Of a stretch of 32,568 nt of DNA, positions 1 through 10,923 are shown one piece after another. The stretch is from Octopus bimaculoides (lineage: Eukaryota): NCBI RefSeq assembly GCF_001194135.2, contig NC_068981.1:108856011-108888578 (forward strand), written 5' to 3'. The position numbers and the translations under genes are program-made. The notes beneath the pieces were generated by a model. It had not been told where the DNA came from, ran no database searches, and saw nothing but the letters and a program-made list of their open reading frames with translations. Position 1 is the stretch's first letter; every line of letters starts with the position of its first letter.

Positions 1-138
1 CACACACACACATACATGACAGTTGATTTTTGCTAATGAAATAGCCAAGCAAGTCTTTCTTTAATTCTTTAATTTCTCCTTTTCCTTCTCTCTCTCTCTC
101 TCTCTCTCTCCACAACACAAATTAGCGACTCGGAACTG

Positions 139-1049
139 GTACGTTATTTTGATTCTTCTTGCTTTCATCTTTCTAATTCCGTTCTTTTTTTTTTTCTTGT
201 TTATTTTGTGTTAGACTTTTATTTTATTTCTAATTCTTTTCCAACCCTTCTATTATTTCTACCCCCTCTGCTAATCCCCAACAACCACCCACTACCACAC
301 GCGGCATCACCAACTGCAGACGCTGATGTGGTCACCATATACAGACTTAACAACGCTCTTGTCTGCCTCACATATTACAACCATCTCGCACATTCTTCAC
401 ATACTGATATAGTAGCACCTTTAGTTCTCAGTGAGAGAGAATCAGTCAGTTAGAGATGAAGACAGACGAGCAGAGACCAAAGCAGGAAGTGAGGTGGTAA
501 GGCGGAGAGGAAGATTAGATGTAAAAGAGAAAGTGGGAGAGAGAGAAATACACCCACAAACACATACATTACCGCCCTTATACATGCGCACTCACAACGC
601 GTACTCACACGCGCAGTCACAAATAATTAAAGGAAAGAGGATGAAAAACAAATAGTACAAGCTTGCTATCAACAAATGAGCAACTTCAGTTTTGCAGTAA
701 ACTTGACTGGCAACATTCTCCGTTGTAGTTGCTTTATCAAGATCAGTGTAGGGAACTTATTACACTGACAGGATATGGTATTGTACTAAGCGTATATATT
801 TATACACCTCATCAGTATAGCTGCCATTTAATATTTATATTCTGCAATGAACACATGTCTCTTCAGTCAAAGAGATAGCATATCAGAATATATATACTCT
901 TCATGAACATTTTAATGACATTTCAACTGAAAAAATATCATAGATTTTGTTACAAAATATACATTTATTTCTATATTTATCTACCAATTCATATATTTAT
1001 ACAGACAAATACTTGTATTCATTTCTCGCACATTGCAATTTATTTGCAG
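139..1049 (+). other. Candidate 5'-UTR intron of the GPCR gene
   Basis: Donor-like CTG|GTACGT at 136-144 and acceptor-like pyrimidine-rich ...ATTTATTTGCAG|G ending at 1049. Motif match only, no transcript data. Confidence 0.3.
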
Positions 1050-1502
1050 GAAACGAAGGAAGATTATTCAACGGTGGAAATTAATATTTTCTGAAGTCTG
1101 AAAACTTTACACAGGACAACTATTCGTGTTACCATTCGAGATATTGGAAGTGACACTACATGAAATGAATTCTAAAGAACTATTACTAAACGAAATATGT
1201 TGAAATATTTTGAACAACTCAGACAACCTTCGATTTCTTTCCTTTTGTTATGCTTTTGTCTTTGACTCTAAAACAGGACGGTACTTCTTTGGATTTTACC
1301 TGGAATGATTAGAAAACTCAGAGACAAGCCTTGTGAGCTGTCATCAAGCGGAGGTTTTCAGTTTAAACACTCTGTTTTGATTTGTTTTTGTTTTCATGTG
1401 TCCATGAATGTGTGAATTAATTTTTGCACTATTTTTGACTTTCCAATTCTATTTTAAATTGCATATATTTTATTTTGAGCTTTCATACTTATTTTACAAA
1501 AC

Positions 1503-3101
1503 ATGGAAAATGTTTCCAAAGATATTTTGATGGGACCATCTCCTGTCGGTGGAGATAGCGGGGAGTTTTGGAAATATCTAAAAGTATTACCAGTCATTAC
1601 TCTAACTTTAATTACACTTATTGGTAACGGACTGGTCACTATAATGTTTATTCGCTACAAACAACTTCGGAAATGTAAGAACATTTTCATTGTCAGCCTT
1701 GCATTTGCTGACTTTCTCATTGGATGTACGATGCCTGTTTACATACTTGAAGAACTAGGAGGAAGATTATGGTCAATACAAGGGCCTTTCTGCAGGGTGT
1801 TCCTCATGTTTCGATATTCATTGTTCTATATCTCTCTTCTTAGTATTATGCTGATATCTGTAGATCGATGGTGGTCTATAAACCACCCATTTTCCTATCG
1901 AGTCCGTCAAAGCAGAAAACTTGCCCTCTGGTCTGTTTTGCTGAGCTGGGGACTTAGCTTTGCTATTTATGCTCCACCAACACTTGGATGGAATGATGTC
2001 GACCATAGTAAAAACCAAGTAGTTGTCACACCAAAAACATTGTTTTCTATATTATCATCTACCGTTGGACCAATTGCTTCTGAAACTACACCTTCACAAC
2101 CTGTAATCTCCATTGACAGCACCCAAGTGACTTGCCATGCCCCATTTGAAAATAATCTAATCTTCATTGCGTTGACTTCTATTATCTTATATTTGCTACC
2201 GTTACTAGCTTTGTGGATAATTAACGCTAGTATTTATTTTAAGATTAGTCAGCGGAAAGGAATGAAAATTCGACGATCTCTAAGCACATCGGACACTTTC
2301 TTTCTCAATTACCGAAAATCATCCTCAGAATCGGATACTATGGGACAGCTGGAAGAGTTTCTTGACAACATGTTACCAAATATTCATCGGAAAGGAAGCA
2401 ATGTTGGTGGTATGTTAATATGTGATGAAAAAAGAAACTCTTTCGTGGGTCCTTTATCAACGAGACGAAATCCCCTAAGTCACTATGTATCGAATACCTC
2501 AGCATTCGCACAATATGCTCGAATCATTCAACATAAGAGACATGTCTCTTTCGATGCTACTGGAATGATGATGCCTGTTACAAAACAGAAGCGATACTCT
2601 ATTATTGGGTTAACCAAGGGTGGAAGCACCAGTAGTAATAGCAGCAGCAGCAGTAGCGGTTCCTCCAGCTCCGGTAGCCGTAGTGGTTTGGCTCTGCGCC
2701 GTCAAAGTGATGATTTGGTTAAAGACATGTTCGTCAAACAGGACAAGAAAGCTGCCTGCTCGCTGGGCTTTCTTGTGCTAGTTTTCACACTTTGTTGGAC
2801 ACCATACACCGTGTGCAGCATTCTGAGATCTGCCTACGGGAGTTGGTATATACCGTCTCTTGCTATGACAATAAGTTATTGGGTTCTCGCCACCAACTCT
2901 GCCATCAATCCTTTCCTTTATGGCCTCTGCAACAGTGACTTCCGTAAAGCATTTAGGTCTTGGTGTAAAAATCGAAACTCCAAACAAAGACGCTTCGAAG
3001 AAGCTCTTCTTTATTATGGTATCCCACAAAATAATGAACCGGAAGTAATACATGAACAAACTTCTTCGACTCCGTCCCGGGATTCCCGCAAAATTCCTTG
3101 A
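1503..3101 (+). CDS. Intronless class A (rhodopsin-like) GPCR, 532 aa, histamine H3/muscarinic-like scaffold with non-canonical binding pocket (orphan)
   Basis: Seven hydrophobic segments with GN (TM1), LAFAD (TM2), C3.25 (C97), DRW (R122=3.50), W4.50 (W149), ECL2 Cys C211, P5.50 (P233), D6.30, CWTPY (TM6), NPFLY (TM7) and helix 8 FRKAF. H3-like strings: NASIYFKISQR, QDKKAACSL, YWVLATNSAINPFLYGLC. Good start context aaacATGG and an N-terminal NVS sequon. Confidence 0.95.
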   Translation: MENVSKDILMGPSPVGGDSGEFWKYLKVLPVITLTLITLIGNGLVTIMFIRYKQLRKCKNIFIVSLAFADFLIGCTMPVYILEELGGRLWSIQGPFCRVFLMFRYSLFYISLLSIMLISVDRWWSINHPFSYRVRQSRKLALWSVLLSWGLSFAIYAPPTLGWNDVDHSKNQVVVTPKTLFSILSSTVGPIASETTPSQPVISIDSTQVTCHAPFENNLIFIALTSIILYLLPLLALWIINASIYFKISQRKGMKIRRSLSTSDTFFLNYRKSSSESDTMGQLEEFLDNMLPNIHRKGSNVGGMLICDEKRNSFVGPLSTRRNPLSHYVSNTSAFAQYARIIQHKRHVSFDATGMMMPVTKQKRYSIIGLTKGGSTSSNSSSSSSGSSSSGSRSGLALRRQSDDLVKDMFVKQDKKAACSLGFLVLVFTLCWTPYTVCSILRSAYGSWYIPSLAMTISYWVLATNSAINPFLYGLCNSDFRKAFRSWCKNRNSKQRRFEEALLYYGIPQNNEPEVIHEQTSSTPSRDSRKIP

Positions 3102-3343
3102 GTGATTAAAAAAAAGATAACAAGGAGGGAAACATTTCTAAGCGCAAACAATTTCTTACGGTTAGAGTTTAGGTGAGGTCATCCATCGCAGTAATATGGG
3201 ACAGATCCTTTATTTAAATCGACCGAAAACCGCGAAGATATTGTTTGAAAATTCAATCTAAGAAATCAAATGAGCACTGTGACTGAAGCAAATAGAATTC
3301 CTACATGCATTTTAAGAATTAAAATCAACGGATGTGCAAGAAG

Positions 3344-3415
3344 AATAAAAAGAGATGAGGCCCAAATATCATTGAAGTTTGGCATATACTTGTTAACTAT
3401 ATTTGGACAAATAAA
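3344..3415 (+). terminator. Candidate polyadenylation signals of the GPCR mRNA
   Basis: AATAAA at 3344-3349 and 3410-3415, followed by a T/GT-rich tract at about 3510-3570. AATAAA is common by chance in AT-rich DNA. Confidence 0.3.
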
Positions 3416-4887
3416 ACTACCAAAATGGGAACAAATCTGTTATCAACAGACACCATGTGCATTCTGGAACCATTAACCAAAAGAAATTAACTGACTCTAA
3501 AAAACAAAACTCTTTTTGTTTTGTTTTTGTTTATGTTTCGTATTCTTGTATTTTTCTTAACTTTTTCCTTTGTTATTGAAGAAAATCAAACTTTATATGA
3601 ATGATTTTTTTCAAGTATGAATGGACAGTCCGATTTTCATCCCCATTAACATCACTACAATTAACATTATTATATTGTTGTTGTTATAAACATTTTTATA
3701 CTGTCATGTTTATCACACTATCATAACTATCGTCTTCATTATCGCGGAAAAGCCGACATCATTTCCATCATTCTCAATATTTATAGGCTTCTACTACTTT
3801 TGAAATTTTATTTATATATCTAAGCATTTTACTCATATATTACCTTCGCTTATGACGTCAGATGAGTTGTTGTCAATGTACTAAATATAGATTATATTCA
3901 ATCTGGATGTCATTCCCGTGCGACAAAGTCAGAAACCACGCATAAACGTGAAGTACACTTTTTTTTTTAAGCCTACACATAATCAATCTCATTAAGTCAC
4001 GCAGTGATACATTTATGCCCGCCTGACACGTGCATAGACATATACACTACAGCTAGAGACACCCACACACAAATGAACATGTGTGTGTGTATGCATGTAC
4101 GAATGTATGTGTACATGTATGTGTATGTATGTATGTACATACATATATATACTTATACATATGTATGTATAATAACTACATAAAATATATATGATACACA
4201 TAATGTATATAATATATATGTGTATATATACGTATATACATACAAAGACACGCATGCATATTGTTAATTGACTGATTGTGCTGAAAATATACAAGTACTG
4301 GTGAGGAGAAAACTGGCAGACGACTTATTATTGTTATTATTATTATTGTATTATTATTACCCCCACTCCCAAGAAAAAATGAATTCATATGAACACTTAT
4401 TAATTAAATCTACGCCATTGAACCCATATAATTGTTACAGTGAAAATACAATGCCTTTTTTTTTCGCAATATAAAATCAATATAATATGCATGTGATTAA
4501 TTTGTTGTCACCCAGCGTATGTCAATGAAGACGCAACATAAATATTCTTAATAGGGAGAAATGCTGTAAGTATTCTAACTCCCAATTGTTAATCTAATAA
4601 TTATTTGTCTCTGTGAAGTATTTATTGATACATGCTGTAGATTATTCCCCGGTAAATACATTACTAAACGAATCGGCAGCTTAGTTTAGTTTGCCTGTTA
4701 AAACATATTTTAACCAAAATTGTTTAATAGATTTTTCAAAAGGCAAAACACACCTATTTCCAGTTTCTCTCCACATCAATGTCCATATTTATAACTGAAA
4801 AAGATATCTTTATTTATTTAAGTAAAATCATGGACATATTCGAGACGGTAGGGAGAGATTTTGAATTTAGTCCAGTACCAGATCAAA

Positions 4888-4890
4888 AAC

Positions 4891-4952
<62 letters not shown>

Positions 4953-4968
4953 TAATAATAATAACAAT

Positions 4969-5022
<54 letters not shown>

Positions 5023-5033
5023 TATTATTATTA
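4888..5033. repeat. Compound trinucleotide microsatellite (AAT)n-(CAT)n-(TAT)n
   Basis: Directly visible; gives the poly-N/H/Y pseudo-ORF 4861-5256. Confidence 0.97.
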
Positions 5034-5170
5034 TAACGCAGGCAATATTTATATCATGTATATCGTAAGGAACAAATTGAAACGAGATTTCTTATTTACA
5101 TGCTGTTATGCTGGTATATATGTGCATGTGAGTGTGTACGGAAAGAGAAGACAAATGGTAATAAAACAGA

Positions 5171-5171
5171 A

Positions 5172-5212
<41 letters not shown>

Positions 5213-5217
5213 AAGAA

Positions 5218-5252
<35 letters not shown>
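5171..5252. repeat. (AG)n microsatellite
   Basis: Directly visible, with a few AAAG interruptions. Confidence 0.95.
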
Positions 5253-5384
5253 TTAAAATTGTTGTTGGTCTTTCGTTGAATATAGTGTCGACAAATTGAT
5301 TAAAATATATACTTATAAATCCTAAGTATGTTTCTATAGTTGTAGATCCTAGTACGGGAAACAAACAGATGTATTACGAATGCA

Positions 5385-5539
5385 TGTGCGTGTGTGTATA
5401 CATACAAGAAAACACACACACACACATACACATATATACATATATATATGTATCTATGTATTTATGTGTGTGTGTGTGTATATATATACGCACATACGCG
5501 CGCACACACTCTTTCTCTTTCTTTCTCTCTCACACACAT

Positions 5540-5590
<51 letters not shown>

Positions 5591-5774
5591 NNNNNNNNNN
5601 NNNNNNNNNNNNNNNNNNNNNNNNNNNNNNNNNNNNNNNNNNNNNNNNNNNNNNNNNNNNNNNNNNNNNNNNNNNNNNNNNNNNNNNNNNNNNNNNNNNN
5701 NNNNNNNNNNNNNNNNNNNNNNNNNNNNNNNNNNNNNNNNNNNNNNNNNNNNNNNNNNNNNNNNNNNNNNNNNN
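5385..5774. repeat. Compound (TG)/(CA)/(TA) microsatellite running into an assembly gap (N 5591-5774)
   Basis: Directly visible. Confidence 0.95.
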
Positions 5775-6093
5775 ATAAACTATAAACACTTTCTCGTACA
5801 CACACACACACTCTCGCACAACTACTAATGTATTGTATACAAATGATTGGTGTGTTAGTTCATATTAATGGTGTGGAAGTTATCACATTAAACACAGAAT
5901 TAGCAGTCTTAATAAGAAGCTATAACAATATCGATGAGTTCTCCCTGCCAGTTAACTTGCTCCACTAACCATAGTTTTGTTTCTAGATCTACCAACATAA
6001 CTAGCGCAAGCATCTCCGCTGCCACCATCACCTACAACAGCATTCTTAGGTTTGGTAATACCAAACCTAAGCCACCACTAGAACTATTATAAA

Positions 6094-6296
6094 GCGGCGA
6101 GTCGGCACAATCATTTGTACGGCGGGCAAAATGCTTAAAGATATCTCATCTGTCTTCGTGTTCTGAGTTCAAATTCTGAGAGGTCGACTTTGCCTTTCAT
6201 CCTTTTGGAGTCGATAAAATAAATACCATTTGAGCACTGGAGTCGATGTATCCCTCCATCAAAATTGCTGGCCTTGTGCAAAAATTTGAAACCAAT
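6094..6296 (+). mobile_element. tRNA-derived SINE family B (Meta-domain-like), near full-length diverged copy
   Basis: Head GCGGCGAGTCGGCACAATC, B-box-like GAGTTCAAAT, core GAGGTCGACTTTGCCTTTCATCCTTTTGGAGTCGATAAAATAAATACCA repeated at several places in this window. The core resembles my recollection of the MetaSINE domain. Confidence 0.8.
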
Positions 6297-6360
6297 ATGT
6301 ATTTATTACGCATGATCCAATAGAGAGACATACGAAAGACGTCCTATCCTGATTTGACAT

Positions 6361-6480
6361 CCTGCCGAGGTCAACTTTGCCCTTCCTCTTTTCGCGGTCG
6401 ATAAAATAAGTACCAGCCAAGTACTAGGGTCTGTGCAATCGACTAGCCCTGTTTTCCAAAATCTCAATCCTTTTGAAAGA
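6361..6480 (+). mobile_element. SINE family B, 5'-truncated copy
   Basis: GCCGAGGTCAACTTTGCCCTTCCTCTTTTCGCGGTCGATAAAATAAGTACCAG matches the core of the 6094 copy; a (TTG)n tract follows. Confidence 0.75.
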
Positions 6481-6584
6481 ACGATTGTTGTTGCTGGTTT
6501 TATTGTTGTTTTGTTGTTCATGCTGTTGTTGTTGTTGCTGTAATTGTTATTGTTGAAGTCGTTACTGTGTTTATTGTTGTATAT

Positions 6585-6656
6585 AGTGGATTGGCAGAAT
6601 CGTTAGAGCGTCGGACAAAATGTCTTAGGTATTTATTCCGGTTTTTTACCTTCTGA
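6585..6656 (+). mobile_element. SINE family B, head fragment
   Basis: TTGGCAGAATCGTTAGAGCGTCGGACAAAATG...TTCTGA matches the heads of the other copies. Confidence 0.6.
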
Positions 6657-6713
6657 TAAGTGGTCCTGTTGTCAAAAGATAACGTCCAGTCAGTAAATTT
6701 CTCTCTGATGTAT

Positions 6714-6890
6714 TGTTGTTTAGCTCAAGGTCAATCCTGATCAAGGAAACCCATAATCAAAACCACTCAAGCTGAGACTATCCCGTTTTTTTCATTATAA
6801 GACATAGTGTATCTAGGTCAATATTATCCCATGTGTATTTCCTAGGGATAGTTGACTGTTATTTCAAACAGATCGAGCGATAACGTTAGC
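6714..6890 (+). repeat. Unclassified interspersed repeat (family C)
   Basis: Diverged similarity to the reverse complement of 25321-25484 (TTTAG..CAAGTCA.C.CT, ATCCC, TTATCC, TATTTC segments). Eye alignment only. Confidence 0.45.
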
Positions 6891-8703
6891 TCTCTCGTTG
6901 TCTCATTAAAGTTTTGTTATCGGTTGTTTCGTGCCCCAAATTCCAAATCCCTTTCAATATTATTTATGCCACCTTATTTGAGGCAATGAGCAACAAATAG
7001 ATATATACGGTCCTCTACAAGAATTGATTCTCAATTTTAGCACTAGATCTCGGAACTAAGAAAAGAATCATTAAACTGCATTAAAGCATTTCTATATTTA
7101 TCCATATTTTTGCTATTTTATATGCACACATTCACATGTGTATATGTATATATATATATATGTGCATGTATATATGTATGTGTGTATAGAGAGAGAGAGA
7201 GAGAAAGAGAGAAATAGACAGATACATACATACATACATAACCTATCTCTACTGTTCTGTTTATATTTGTCATACTTAAACTAGAATGTATTTGAAATGC
7301 GTTAAATGAACAGACATGAGCAAGATCTGACTAACTTACATAAGTTTGAAATTTATCAGATGTAACATGGTGACTTAACAAATTCATATGATTAAAAAAA
7401 CATTCAATAAGTATTTTAGCTATTTCAAAGCCAAATTTTCTTAATTATCTTTGAAAGAAATCAAAATAGAATGCAATAGAAAGTAATCTAAGAAATCTAA
7501 AGTTCCTTATTTCACTATAAAAGTACTTATATTCATACTTTTCTTTTCTCTCTCTATCTTTTTCTCATTGACACGCCCTCTCTCTCTTTCTCTTTCTCTC
7601 TCTCTCTTTCTCTCTCTCTCTCCCTCTTTCTCTCTCTCATATTTCATTATAGCTGTAGACTGATGTTGCATATATGCCGTAAATATATTTAATGTATTCT
7701 AATAATGTACAGAGTGAGTTGAAACTTCGATTGGGTTTTGAACCTTACAAAATGCTATTTAACTTCACTGTAGTCGCTAAAGCTCTTGTAAAAAAAACCT
7801 GAGCGCCACAATATCTTTCTCCTTCTTACAAATCAGTCTTTTTAAAAAATTTTCTCAAACTCCCAAGGCTATCGATACAATCAATATATTTACCAGTTGT
7901 TGCTAATGCCATAATGGAAGGTTCAACAGCCTCGTTTATATTCCTAGTGGAAGACTTGGCTTCATTTACATGTATCACCTGAGGGCAAGGCATATATACT
8001 CAACAAAATCTATTTCATTCGGTGTGATTTCTGACTTTCTGTCTATCTAGGAAACAAAGACATTTTATAAAAGTATTTTTCCAATACGTTTCTCCATTTT
8101 CTTTGTTTATACTGTTTTGTATATATTCTGTCGTCTCAATTTGCTTACCGTTTATAGGTATATTGGTAATTCTAATATATGTAATTCCAATCGAGGTGTT
8201 CTATTTGGGATCAAGTTTGAGCTAAGTTTACCGTTAAATGCAGTTAGTGTCAGAGTTCTGTGTAAAATCAAGAACACAAACTGAACAGCAACAATTCTGT
8301 TATTCCTACTTGACCTCTACTAAAACTTGTTACGTTTTAAACGTTTATGTTTGTTTAAACGTATATGTACTTTTTAAGCTCATATCTATATCTAACATGC
8401 ATATGTGAGTATCCATATAATTACGTACGTATAAAAGCATGACATAAATATCCTAATGACAAAAATAAAAGCAAACAAGTGAACCACCAGAAGAAAATGT
8501 AAAAAGTAAAGCAATTAACTGCAACACCAACAATAACAACAATAACAACAACAAACAATAAGAATAAGGTTCATTTCATTGGGTACAGTTGTAATTTAAT
8601 AATAGCAACAATTATTGCACCAGCAACACAGTAGTAACATTGTTTAGTTACGTCCATTTAAGATCTGAGTTGAAAACTCCTCAACTTTGCCTTTTATTAA
8701 TAC

Positions 8704-8740
8704 CATCATCATTGTCATCATGATCATGATCATCATCATT

Positions 8741-8823
<83 letters not shown>
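8704..8823. repeat. (CAT)n microsatellite
   Basis: Directly visible; source of the poly-M and poly-I ORFs. Confidence 0.97.
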
Positions 8824-9044
8824 TAATTTCGCCGTCGTCAACATCATTTTTGTAACGCACGCTGTGATGTTCTATATATCCTGTGCATAAACCATCCGCA
8901 AACTATCTTGAAACTGTCCTAAGAAAAAAACAGTAGATAATGCTCTTGAGAATTTAATAAACTTCACAGCCTCCGTTGCCACTCTCCCAAGAAATATTAA
9001 GCCTTATGTCCACAACCTTTATTATATACTTTTTTATTGATAGA

Positions 9045-9420
9045 GAGTGCATAGATTAGCAGAATTCTCAGTGGTATGTAGCTTTGTCTGTTCATACTTT
9101 GAAATCAAATCCCGCCAAGTCGACTTTACTCTTCAACCTGGATCGATAAAATATCTTCCAGAGGACATTAAGTCGGTGGTATTCTTTCTCCAAAGGTGTG
9201 ACTTTGTGATTGCGCATGTATACGAAATCATTATTTTCATAGATGGTAGAATCAGTAAAACACAAGATAAAATGTCTTGCAGTATTTAGTCACATCCATT
9301 TACCCCTGGAGTTCAAATTCTATCAGTCTCAATAGAATTTCAACTCTGTAGTCGATAAAATGTACTAATCGAATACCGTGGTCGATTAAGTCAACTATCT
9401 TAATAACTCCGAGTGTGTGG
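9045..9420 (+). mobile_element. Two highly degenerate SINE family B copies in tandem
   Basis: CCCGCCAAGTCGACTTTACTCTTCAACC..GATCGATAAAAT (about 9110-9150) and GAGTTCAAATTC...GTCGATAAAATGTACTAATC...GGTCGAT (about 9310-9390). Confidence 0.55.
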
Positions 9421-10923
9421 TCTTCTGCTAAGGTTATACATCATTGTTGTTATGAAGATCAGAATTGGCAATGTGTTTTTGCAAAAACGCCTTTTGATAT
9501 TAATTGCTTCCTTTTACGTTCAAAACTCGGCAGCATGATAAAATAAATTTTGGCATAGATTCATTCGGTTAGACTTTTGCCCCTGTAATGTCAATAATCA
9601 AAATCATACACTGTTATTTTTTTCCATTTCCACATTGTCTAAAATGATGATGACAATAATAATAATAATAATAATAATAGTTTCTTGCTGCCACGAGGTC
9701 GACACAACAAACACAACCAGCTCCTAAAACAAAATTATTTGCTTCAAAATTATTTACTTCAATTGCCTTCAACGAAGTCACTAAAATTTATATTAGCTTT
9801 CTGACAGAAAAGAAGAGGTAATCATAGATAATTATTTCAATATATGGAACGTTTAGTGGGTCTTTTTATGTTTTTTTTTAGACAGGATACGAACGTCTAA
9901 AAAGTAAGTGGCATTCTGTGATAAAAAAATTTCAATATGAGACTTATGAGAATTTCAATGACTTTGCAGGATATTGCATTCGGGCTGTCGTTTAACACAC
10001 AAATTTACTTACAAAAAAAAAAAAAGCAAAAATCTGGAAAAAGCAAAACGAGAGAAAATGTATACACTCACACACGCTCACATACACAGACACACCCAAA
10101 TATTTCCAAGATATTAATGTTTATTTTTGTACCATGTCAAATTATTCACATTGTATACCATTAAAATATGAATCCTGAAAAAGGATATGAATTAACTGGC
10201 TTGTTAAAGTGTTGTTACTTAAATTTTTTCTTATTTTGCTTTGTTGTTTAATGATAATGCGGTGCATGTTAAATAACCATTTCAGTAAAAGATAATGTTG
10301 CTACTGATATTGTAACTGTTGTTGCCTTATTACTAATATTATTACTACAGAGTTAATTGTTTGATAGTCTTGGTTATACAACAGGAGAAAACTCTTCCAT
10401 CTGCATTAATCTACTCCCGTCACTAATAACCATGTCTCGCATACAATAGGGGATTCGATCTATTGTAATTAAATAATAATTGCCGTTGTATGATAGATAT
10501 AAATACTTTGATTGGTTTGGATGTGAGGTGGAGGCTATACTGGTGGTGGCTCCCCAGCAGATCGTCTTAGATAGTCGAAGCTGATGGCAATCGATTCTTT
10601 TTTTTCAACTGCAGGAAAAAATATGGAAAGGTAGGGAATAACGTATGAAAGAATTAAAGAATAAAGGTAAGATTAAAATAATGGCATTTATTAGTGTTTC
10701 TCAGTTAGTATTGAAAAGACAAACTCCAATCGGATAATTATCGAAGAATAAAGAAAAATGAGTGAAGTGGTTGTTGTTATAGAAGACAAAGCAACAAAAT
10801 TAACAGAAATGATTCGTGCTTGCTAAATGATATCAACGCAAAGACTCAACCCAATGATTCATATGGAAGGTACTTGAATATATTTATAGGTTGTACAATT
10901 CAAAGATGTTATTTTCTTCAGTA

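Noticed and set aside
1812-1814. A-to-I RNA editing restoring Asp3.32 in the GPCR
   Set aside because: Editing CGA gives CGG, which is still Arg; Asp cannot be reached.
1454-3059. Short minus-strand ORFs overlapping the GPCR (1454-1639, 1818-2018, 1967-2167, 2778-3059)
   Set aside because: Antisense shadows of the real CDS with no domain features.
4861-5828. Poly-N/H/Y, RE-repeat and YI-repeat ORFs (also 8644-8890, 14904-15469, 17297-17590, 22037-22285)
   Set aside because: Translations of microsatellites, which lack stops in some frames.
7690-8220. Minus-strand frame with few stops (TYIRITNIPINGKQIETTEYIQ...EAVEPSIMALATTGKYIDCIDSLG)
   Set aside because: About 5 stops in about 170 codons and no motif I can assign. 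It may be an old TE ORF, but it is unsupported without BLASTX.
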